This document shows positions 7,497 through 14,727 of a DNA stretch of 14,727 nucleotides, piece after piece; position 1 is the stretch's first letter; each line of letters opens with the position of its first letter. The stretch is from Promethearchaeota archaeon (GTDB lineage Archaea; Asgardarchaeota; Lokiarchaeia; Sigyniarchaeales; SOKP01). The notes beneath the pieces were generated by a model that was given only the letters and a program-made list of their open reading frames with translations, was not told where the DNA came from and did not search any database. Both the position numbers and the translations under genes were made by a program. The stretch lies in assembly GCA_016926735.1 (NCBI GenBank), contig JAFGOA010000142.1:1-14727 (forward strand), read 5' to 3'.

Positions 7497-7615
7497 GATA
7501 TCTTACCAAGACGTTAATCTTGGTCTGATATCCCCAATTGCCTTTTTCACAAAGAGGGTTGTACAAATTTTGTAATGATTTTTTTCTTATTATCACAGAA
7601 AATAATCATTTGTAC
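7497..7615. ncRNA. Putative structured RNA or cis-element (three adjacent stem-loops)
   Basis: GATATC-tt-ACCAAGA-cgttaa-TCTTGGT-ct-GATATC (7497-7532); CCTTTTT-cac-AAAGAGG (7541-7557); AATGATT-t-TTTTCT-tattatcac-AGAAAA-t-AATCATT (7574-7610), closed by GTACA/TGTAC. No known RNA family was recognised. Confidence 0.35.
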
Positions 7616-7858
7616 TTAATATAACTAGATTTTTGTATAATTTAAAGTTATTCTATATAATCTAAGTAAATTATATAGTCTATATAGTACTATATATGTA
7701 ATTTGAATATTATTCTTATTAATACGTTCAATCATAAAGATACACCCCCAAAAGATTATAATCATTAAAAAAATTAGGTATTTATTTAATATAGAATGAA
7801 TTTCAAAAGAAATTTAAAATTTATTTATATAATTGGATTTAATCATATAAATAATCAA

Positions 7859-8890
7859 TTAGATTAATAACATTTTATCTCTTTTGTTATTTCCTAGAAT
7901 TATTCTGTAATATGGGTCTTCTTTTTTTTTTATTACTTTTTCAAGTTTACCTTCGACCATAACAGTTTCTCCATCTATTGCTTGTTCACAAAACCTTCCT
8001 CGAAATGAAACTATTTCTCTAATTTTATTAAATTCAACTTTTAATGGATTATCTATAATTTTATTAACTTTAATTTTATATTTACAGGGAGTGAAAATAG
8101 AATTTTTTGAGTCTATAATCCTTGCTTTTAGTTTAATCATATTAAAATCCTCGTATTTATAATCATAATAATTATCATTCCAATCTTCAGGACTTTTGAT
8201 ATATCTTATGAAGAAGTCAATATTGTTATATTTCCCTTGATGAAGTTTTCTCTTTTCGTATTGTAAAAAGTCTTTAAAAACTATATCAGAACCCTTTGCT
8301 CTAAAGTTAAAATGGGATTTTAATTCTTCATTGTTATATTTTCTACAAGTATTTCTGCTTTCATTAAAGATATTAACAAGATCTTTTTGAAAATTATAAC
8401 TATTTTCGGTTCCATAAATAATCAGATCTATATCAGAATTATTTCTATTTAATCCAACCATTTGAGATCCTGTTATTCCAATAGAATCTTCTGGAAGATT
8501 TGAATTCTGAATAAAAAAATTGCATAAATTAAAAGCATGAATATCTTTATTATTAGAATTCTTATGTTTTAGGAGCTTATTATAATATTCTCTTGGAGAA
8601 TAAACTTTTAAAATATTTTTATTATCAACACCTTGTAAATTCATATTGCATTGTTTTGAGTAAAAAAGATATTTAGGATAATTATTTTTAAGAAAAGTGA
8701 ATCTTTCTTGAAGATCATAAATCTTTTTATATATTATACCATTTCGTTCTCTATTTCCTAAAGGAGATGGATAAAATCTAATAAAGGATATTATTTTATT
8801 CTTGGGATGAGATAGTCCTTTAACATCAAAAATTAGATTATCTTCTTTAGTTTCAATATAATCTCCTTCGATTGCTTTAATTATATTCAT
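7859..8890 (-). CDS. Predicted nucleotidyltransferase (Pol-beta superfamily, archaeal COG1665/AF1967-like)
   Basis: GITGS-x9-SDIDLIIYG nucleotidyltransferase motif. The N-terminal 'EGDYIET..LIFDVKGLSHP..IISFIRFYP' and C-terminal OB-like 'IVSFRGRFCEQA..GE.V.VEGKLE' are characteristic of this family. Confidence 0.8.
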   Translation of the reverse strand: MNIIKAIEGDYIETKEDNLIFDVKGLSHPKNKIISFIRFYPSPLGNRERNGIIYKKIYDLQERFTFLKNNYPKYLFYSKQCNMNLQGVDNKNILKVYSPREYYNKLLKHKNSNNKDIHAFNLCNFFIQNSNLPEDSIGITGSQMVGLNRNNSDIDLIIYGTENSYNFQKDLVNIFNESRNTCRKYNNEELKSHFNFRAKGSDIVFKDFLQYEKRKLHQGKYNNIDFFIRYIKSPEDWNDNYYDYKYEDFNMIKLKARIIDSKNSIFTPCKYKIKVNKIIDNPLKVEFNKIREIVSFRGRFCEQAIDGETVMVEGKLEKVIKKKEDPYYRIILGNNKRDKMLLI

Positions 8891-9158
8891 TATTAGATTT
8901 TATATAATCATTTTTAATCAATAAAAATAAGGAATTTAAAGAAAAATAAAAAACTTATAATTTATTTCAATTCAAATGTTTTCATTTTTGTACTCATTCT
9001 GATATCCTTTTTTTTTATTTTAAAAAACTGAATAAGGAAACTTAGTATAATAATTGAAACAAAACTTATAGCAAATAAAAGATAATGATTATAATTTAAC
9101 AATATTCTTAAAAATAGGACATTGCATATGAACGGTTATTCTTAAAGGAAAAAAATTA

Positions 9159-10124
9159 CTAATTGACAAGAAAATTCTTTAATTCTTTGATAGTAAGGGT
9201 AGTTTCAGCAAAAACATTATGAGGATGAATCGATTCATAACTTTCAATACGGAAAGTGATCTTAAAATCATCTTCTAAACTTGGAAAATTCTTATGTATA
9301 AAGTTTTTAGCCATTTCTCTTATAACGTCTTCGGAAAATAGAGGTTTTAAATGAGCCAATCTCACTAGTTTTGCTTCTTCAGGTCGTTTTAAAATAGATT
9401 GAATTCTTCCTGACATACTTTCTTCAATAACATCAACTAATTCAAGTATATCAATTTCATGGGTATCCAAATCTTTTATTTGTACAATGATTGTACCTTT
9501 GGATCGTTGGTTATGGGATGAAAAAGGTAGAATCTTGATTATTTTTTTTAAATCATCATCAGAAATATTGATATCCTTTCTTGTTTTTATCACATCAATA
9601 GCATACTCCTGACTCATTTCTTTAGCACAGGGACATACAGTCATTCCTAGAGCGCTTGCGCTAATAAAATAATTAAAATCAACATTTCCTTCATTATTTC
9701 TAACTGCGGAAGTGAAAGAACTTATATCATATGCTTTTTGAAGGCTACCATAATTATCTTCCCTTTTTTGAACAATTATTTTTCCTTCTAATTTAACTTC
9801 CACTTTAGAGGTATAAGGATGTTTTTTTAACAATTTTTTGGTAATTCTCTCTCCAATTCTTTCAATTGTTGGAGTTGGTTTAAAAATTACTTCATTTACT
9901 ACTTCTTCAATTGTTTCTGAACTACGAGACATATGAATCCCTCGTTGAGATCCTGGAAGAGAAATTAAAGCAGAGATTTTAGGATAAAAAGAAAATTTAT
10001 GATTATTTTGAATAATTTCTACTTTTTTTTCAACATTTACTATACCTACTTTATCAATAGGTAAAATGAAGTTAGAGTTAGAGTTTTGTAAGTCACTTTT
10101 AAACTGATGTATCTTTATCACCAA
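9159..10124 (-). CDS. mptA: GTP cyclohydrolase MptA (FolE2/GCYH-IB family; archaeal GTP cyclohydrolase IV)
   Basis: Motifs IDKVGI, QRGIHMSR, GMTVCPC, SHNQRS, KRPEE, PLFSEDVIRE and ESIHPHN. The start is TTG 10124 or GTG 10121. An A7 run at 9149-9155 is a possible terminator. Confidence 0.92.
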   Translation of the reverse strand: MVIKIHQFKSDLQNSNSNFILPIDKVGIVNVEKKVEIIQNNHKFSFYPKISALISLPGSQRGIHMSRSSETIEEVVNEVIFKPTPTIERIGERITKKLLKKHPYTSKVEVKLEGKIIVQKREDNYGSLQKAYDISSFTSAVRNNEGNVDFNYFISASALGMTVCPCAKEMSQEYAIDVIKTRKDINISDDDLKKIIKILPFSSHNQRSKGTIIVQIKDLDTHEIDILELVDVIEESMSGRIQSILKRPEEAKLVRLAHLKPLFSEDVIREMAKNFIHKNFPSLEDDFKITFRIESYESIHPHNVFAETTLTIKELKNFLVN

Positions 10125-10367
10125 AATAAAATATATGTCTAATTTAAAAAATGAAGAATAAATTATAATTTTTAATATTCTTATATCGAAAAATATAATT
10201 TTTAAAAAAAGAAATCACTAATTTACCATTTTAACTCAGATAATCTTATCTTAAATTCATAATCTTAAATTTTAACCTATAATTATTACATCTTAATTAA
10301 AATCTAAAAATTGAAGTGAAAACCTATTAAAAATATATCTTGTCGTTATGGATTAATTGGAGAGAAT

Positions 10368-11486
10368 TTGGAGCTCAAAGAAAATATTAATATGGAAGTA
10401 GATGATAATGGAATTATTTCAAAAATATCATACAAGGAACCAAAAAAAGAATTAGATTTTTCACAAAATAAAAATAATTATATAGCAATTCCTGGATTTA
10501 TCAATTCTCATACACATATCGGAGATAATTTTGCTAAAGAAATGGGTTATAATAGAGAATTAAAGCAAATCGTTTCAGCTCCTATTGGATTAAAACATAG
10601 GTTACTCGAAAGAGCATCTAAGGAAACTAAGACTTTAGGAATTCAGTACGCTGCTAATGAAATGTTATCAAATGGTATAACCTTTTTTATGGATTTCAGA
10701 GAAAGATCTATTGATGGAATTAATCTACTAAAAGAAGCTTTAATTGAATCTCCAATAAATTATCAAATATTTGGACGTTTTGAATCAGAAGAGGAAATAA
10801 GAGATGTTTTTCAATTAGCTAACGGAATCGGATTATCAAATTATAATAGAATTAATTCAAGTAATCTTGATAGACTTAAAAAATTAAAAGAGAAAAATGA
10901 AAAATTAATCTGTACTCATTGTGCAGAAAAGGAGAGAGAAGAGAAACTCATTCAAAAATTATTTTCAGATAAACTAATAGATGTTATTATTCATGGAACT
11001 CAATTTACTGTTGAAGATTTACTAACATTAAAATTAAATAACATTGGTCTTGTCCTATGTCCAATAAATAATAGTTATTTTGGACTTGGATTTCCTCCTA
11101 TATTAGAGATTATTAAATTAGAAATTCCAATTTCCTTAGGTACAGATAACTTTATGACTAATGCACCAGATTTATTTGGCGAAATGAGATATCTTTTTTA
11201 TATTTTCAAAGCTTTAAATAAAGAAAATAAAGAACTAACCTTATCTGCTAAAGATTTATTAAAAATGGTCACAATAAATGCAGCTAAGACTTTCAAACTT
11301 GATGATAAGGTTGGATCTCTTGAGCAAGGAAAATTTGCGGATTTATTTATGGTAGATTTGAATGATATAAATTTTTATTCTGCAGAAATTGAGTCTAGTC
11401 TTTTTCATCCTTTAATAGTGCAAAGAACAAAAGCAGAAAATATAAAAAAGGTATATATTAAGGGAAATCAAGTATTTAAAAGATAA
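10368..11486 (+). CDS. Metal-dependent amidohydrolase/deaminase (cytosine/guanine deaminase-like TIM barrel)
   Basis: Motifs IPGFINSHTHIGD (HxH), THCAE (HxxE), IIHGT, LCP, LGTDN, TINAA and GSLEQGKFADL. The true start may lie upstream (see findings). Confidence 0.88.
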   Translation: MELKENINMEVDDNGIISKISYKEPKKELDFSQNKNNYIAIPGFINSHTHIGDNFAKEMGYNRELKQIVSAPIGLKHRLLERASKETKTLGIQYAANEMLSNGITFFMDFRERSIDGINLLKEALIESPINYQIFGRFESEEEIRDVFQLANGIGLSNYNRINSSNLDRLKKLKEKNEKLICTHCAEKEREEKLIQKLFSDKLIDVIIHGTQFTVEDLLTLKLNNIGLVLCPINNSYFGLGFPPILEIIKLEIPISLGTDNFMTNAPDLFGEMRYLFYIFKALNKENKELTLSAKDLLKMVTINAAKTFKLDDKVGSLEQGKFADLFMVDLNDINFYSAEIESSLFHPLIVQRTKAENIKKVYIKGNQVFKR

Positions 11487-11541
11487 TAATACTTTTTTTC
11501 TATATCTACAATCAATTATCATAGAAAGAGGGATATTCGAA

Positions 11542-12207
11542 ATGAAAAATGAAAGACCTTACATAATTCTTAGTGCTGCTATGACAATTGATGGAAAAAT
11601 CGCTTCTAAAGTAGGAGATCCAGATCTTTCCGATAATTCAGATTGGAGAGAAGTTCATAAATTGCGGAAAAAAGTAGATGCTATACTGGTCGGAAAAGGG
11701 ACAATTATTAAGGATAATCCAAAATTACATATAAAATACTATGAGCATAAAGGATATTACAGAGTTATATTAGATAGTAACCTAACAATTCCTATAGATT
11801 CTCAAGTAGTTACATATAAACCAGAAATATATACAACAATTATATGTACAAAAGAAGATATTTCAGAAGATAGAGTAAAAAAATTTGAAGAAAAAGGCGT
11901 AACAGTGATCAAAGCGGGAAAAAAAGAGCGAGTTGATTTATTAAAAGTGATGTCTATATTAAAAACAAAAGGAATTAATTCAATAATTTTAGAGGGAGGA
12001 GGTACACTCAACTGGAGTTTTATAAAAAATGATCTAGTTGATGAAATTCGATTAACTATCGCTCCTTGGATAATTGGAGGAGTAGATGCAATCAGTTTAG
12101 TTGAAGGTGAGGGTTTTAAAAAAATGATTGATGGAAAACGATTTGATCTTATAAATGTTGAACAGCGAAATAATTATGTTACTCTTAATTATAAAAGGAA
12201 AATCTAA
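11542..12207 (+). CDS. arfC: 2,5-diamino-6-(ribosylamino)-4(3H)-pyrimidinone 5'-phosphate reductase (stand-alone RibD-C, archaeal ArfC/Rib7 type)
   Basis: Motifs RPYIILSAAMTIDGKIA, VHKLR..DAILVGKGTIIKDNPKL, RVILDS, LEGGGTLNWSF and VDEIRLTIAPWIIGG. There is no deaminase domain. SD-like GAGGG at 11528-11532. Confidence 0.92.
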   Translation: MKNERPYIILSAAMTIDGKIASKVGDPDLSDNSDWREVHKLRKKVDAILVGKGTIIKDNPKLHIKYYEHKGYYRVILDSNLTIPIDSQVVTYKPEIYTTIICTKEDISEDRVKKFEEKGVTVIKAGKKERVDLLKVMSILKTKGINSIILEGGGTLNWSFIKNDLVDEIRLTIAPWIIGGVDAISLVEGEGFKKMIDGKRFDLINVEQRNNYVTLNYKRKI

Positions 12208-13313
12208 TGAATGACAAATTTATTATTAAAAATTTTAGTAATTTGTCTGTAATTAAGCTAAAAGAAAGAATAAAAAATATAAGAGAGGAGTTACCAAAAG
12301 ATAATAGAAATAATATTACATTTTCAAAAAATTTTACATTATCTTTATCAAATTATTGTATTAACCAATGTAGTTATTGTTATTATAATCATAGAATAGA
12401 ATCTAAAAAAAATATTATTTTACTCGACCTAGATAATATTAAAAACATTACAAACAACGCATTACAATATGAATGCAAAGAAGGGCTTATATTATCTGGT
12501 GAAAAACCGGATTATTTTCTAGAAGTTAAAGAAAAATTAGAACGATGGAATATTCAAAATTATATTACATATATTAAGAATATTTGTGATTATCTTCTTG
12601 ATAAGAGCATATTACCCCATATAAATATTGGATTAATGAATTTTAATGATTTCATACTATTAAAAGAGTTTACAGCAAGTATGGGATTAATGCTAGAAAG
12701 TACAGGTCTTAGATTGTATAAAAATGGCGGAGTTCATCAAAAATCACCAAGTAAATTACCAAATGTTAGAATCGATCATATTATAAAAGCAGGAAAACTA
12801 AAGATACCTTTTACAACAGGTTTACTCTTAGGAATTGGTGAGTCTTTTAAAGATAGGATAAAAGATCTCCTTCTTATAAAGAGGGTCCATGAGAAATTTG
12901 GACATATCCAAGAAGTAATATTACAAAAATTTGAACCCAAGGAAGGAATCACCTATAAACCCAAAAATGAATTATCAATTAAAGAATATCTTAAAATAAC
13001 GGCAATTGCTCGAATAATTTTTAGGAACGAAATTCCAATTCAAGTCCCACCAAACCTAATTAATGGTTTTGAAAAGGATTTTATAGAAATGGGAGTAAAT
13101 GATTTTGGGGGTATTTCTCCAATTACTCCTGATTTTATTAATCCAAACAAAAAATGGCCTCAAATCGATAAATTAAAGCATATTTGTAATAATTTAGGAT
13201 ATAATCTTAAAGAACGTCTTCCAATATATAAAAAATTCATTACAAAAAGATTTTTTTTATCAAACAGAATTAAAAATATCATAGAAAATTATTCTGAAAA
13301 AATATATAACTGA
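12207..13313 (+). CDS. cofG: Fo synthase subunit CofG (7,8-didemethyl-8-hydroxy-5-deazariboflavin synthase, radical SAM)
   Basis: Motifs ITFSKN, CINQCSYC (CX3CX2C), LPHINIG, SMGLMLE, IPFTTGLLLGIGE, GHIQEVILQ, IQVPPNL and DFGGISP...PDFINP..KWP. It overlaps arfC by 1 nt (TAATG). Confidence 0.93.
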   Translation: MNDKFIIKNFSNLSVIKLKERIKNIREELPKDNRNNITFSKNFTLSLSNYCINQCSYCYYNHRIESKKNIILLDLDNIKNITNNALQYECKEGLILSGEKPDYFLEVKEKLERWNIQNYITYIKNICDYLLDKSILPHINIGLMNFNDFILLKEFTASMGLMLESTGLRLYKNGGVHQKSPSKLPNVRIDHIIKAGKLKIPFTTGLLLGIGESFKDRIKDLLLIKRVHEKFGHIQEVILQKFEPKEGITYKPKNELSIKEYLKITAIARIIFRNEIPIQVPPNLINGFEKDFIEMGVNDFGGISPITPDFINPNKKWPQIDKLKHICNNLGYNLKERLPIYKKFITKRFFLSNRIKNIIENYSEKIYN

Positions 13314-13354
13314 TATACAAAATATTTTTAGAATATTAAAATTATAAATCCATA

Positions 13355-14485
13355 ATGATAATGCAACATTATTTAGATAAAATTTCTCCTAAAATAAACA
13401 GTATCCTGAAAAAAGTACTAAATTCAGAGGAATTGACTCTTGAAGATGGATTAGAATTATTAAAAGTCACAGGGAAAGATTTTCTCGCATTGCAAAATGT
13501 TGCTAATCACATTTGTCTTGAGAAAAAAAAAAATATTGTTACTTTTGTGATAAATAGAAATATTAATTTTACAAATGTTTGTTATAAAAAATGTAAATTT
13601 TGTCATTTTAATCATACTAATTCTCATCAAGATAAATATACACTTACTATTGAAGATATAACAAATAAAATCCTTGAATTACGCAATTCAGAATGTACTG
13701 AAGTATGCATTCAAGGAGGAATTAATCCAGATTTAAATATTGAATATTATATTGACATACTTCAAACAATAAAGAATATTGATCCAAATTTACACATTCA
13801 TGCTTTTTCACCACAAGAAGTTTTTCATTTATCAGAATTATTCAATGATGATATTGAGAATACATTGAAACAACTAAAAAAAGCAGGCCTTGATTCTATT
13901 CCAGGAACAGCCGCGGAAATATTGAATGATAAAATTAGAAAAATTATTTGTCCAAACAAGATAAATACATCAAAATGGATTGAAATAATTTCTACTGCTC
14001 ATAAATTAGGCATTCCAACAACTTCAACAATGATGTATGGACACATAGAGAGCTTAAGAGATCGAATTGATCATTTGGAAATATTAAGAAATATTCAAAA
14101 AAAAACAAATGGAATTACGGAATTTATAGCTCTACCATTTATCAATCAAAATGCTGTATTATTAGATTTAAATAATAGTCATTTGAATCATAATTATGGT
14201 ATGGATGATTTAAAAATATTAAGTGTAGCAAGACTTTATTTGAATAATTATATAGATAACATTCAATGTTCTTGGGTTAAATTAGGACCAAAATTCTCTC
14301 AAATTTCATTAAATTATGGAGTAAATGATTTTTCTGGAACATTAATAGAAGAGAATATATCAAAAAGTGCGGGGGCAATATTTGGAGAGTATTTAGAAAA
14401 GGAACAGATTATAAAAATTATAAGAAATGCAGGTAAGATACCTGTTCAACGAGATACACTCTATAATTTAATAAAATATTATTAA
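13355..14485 (+). CDS. cofH: Fo synthase subunit CofH (5-amino-6-(D-ribitylamino)uracil--L-tyrosine 4-hydroxyphenyl transferase, radical SAM)
   Basis: Motifs VTFVINRNINFTNVCYKKCKFC, TEVCIQGG, HIHAFSPQE, SIPGTAAEIL, TMMYGHIE, IQCSWVKLG and GTLIEENISKSAG. It lies directly after cofG. Confidence 0.93.
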   Translation: MIMQHYLDKISPKINSILKKVLNSEELTLEDGLELLKVTGKDFLALQNVANHICLEKKKNIVTFVINRNINFTNVCYKKCKFCHFNHTNSHQDKYTLTIEDITNKILELRNSECTEVCIQGGINPDLNIEYYIDILQTIKNIDPNLHIHAFSPQEVFHLSELFNDDIENTLKQLKKAGLDSIPGTAAEILNDKIRKIICPNKINTSKWIEIISTAHKLGIPTTSTMMYGHIESLRDRIDHLEILRNIQKKTNGITEFIALPFINQNAVLLDLNNSHLNHNYGMDDLKILSVARLYLNNYIDNIQCSWVKLGPKFSQISLNYGVNDFSGTLIEENISKSAGAIFGEYLEKEQIIKIIRNAGKIPVQRDTLYNLIKYY

Positions 14486-14533
14486 TTTAAAAGTAAATTC
14501 TAATCTTAAGTTCAATTTTAATACAATTTATTA

Positions 14534-14541
14534 TTTTTTTT
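14534..14541 (+). terminator. Oligo-T terminator candidate after cofH
   Basis: T8 run about 50 nt after the cofH stop. Confidence 0.35.
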
Positions 14542-14636
14542 AGATATAATTAATTGTAAAAAATAATTTTTCCCATTATCTTCCCAATTTTAAATTTATT
14601 TGTTAATTTTCCTCAAATTAAGATAATTCATCGATC

Positions 14637-14678
14637 TATTCCCCAATATAAGTGTCTTAGCCCATTTTATTCCCCAAT
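14637..14678. repeat. 11-bp direct repeat TATTCCCCAAT x2
   Basis: Identical copies at 14637-14647 and 14668-14678. Confidence 0.6.
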
Positions 14679-14727
14679 CAAGGCAAAGCTTTAAATATAA
14701 TCATACAATATTTTATATCATACTTCA

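Noticed and set aside
7391-7528. TGATGA ... CTGA as a box C/D sRNA
   Set aside because: The boxes are about 130 nt apart with no clear C'/D' boxes, too long for a typical archaeal C/D guide.
7561-7615. AUGA-containing hairpin as a possible SECIS element
   Set aside because: The AUGA is Watson-Crick paired with UCAU rather than forming tandem GA pairs, and no gene here shows an evident in-frame UGA at a Cys position.
6846-7858. CRISPR array, tRNA or IS element in the long gap
   Set aside because: No regularly spaced 25-40 bp repeats, no cloverleaf/T-loop motif, and no transposase or terminal inverted repeats were seen.
11802-12011. 69-aa - strand ORF
   Set aside because: Antisense shadow lying entirely inside arfC.
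13355-14485. MqnC/MqnE (futalosine pathway) as an alternative call
   Set aside because: Adjacency to a clear cofG and the NRNINFTN/SWVKLG motifs favour CofH.
14486-14727. Partial CDS entering from the right edge on the minus strand
   Set aside because: All three minus-strand frames hit stops within a few to about 15 codons of the edge.

Overview
Very AT-rich archaeal DNA, most consistent with an Asgard archaeon of the Lokiarchaeia type. This is inferred from the archaeal FtsZ, EndoQ, MptA, ArfC and split CofG/CofH, together with longin-domain membrane proteins. Left to right: a winged-helix regulator plus an internally duplicated 4-TM protein; ftsZ (-); a 574-bp repeat-rich spacer; a small Zn-ribbon protein; a tandem pair of 7-TM proteins each fused to a C-terminal longin-like domain (-); an EndoQ-family PHP endonuclease (-); a ~1-kb region with small ORFs, clustered hairpins and repeated motifs; a COG1665-like nucleotidyltransferase and GTP cyclohydrolase MptA (-); and, divergently, an amidohydrolase-arfC-cofG-cofH cluster for Fo/F420 synthesis (+). 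The best candidates for new biology are (1) the paired 7TM-longin receptor-like proteins, (2) the amidohydrolase as the pyrimidine deaminase of the archaeal flavin/deazaflavin pathway, and (3) a putative structured RNA at about 7497-7615. No rRNA, tRNA, CRISPR array or transposase was seen.
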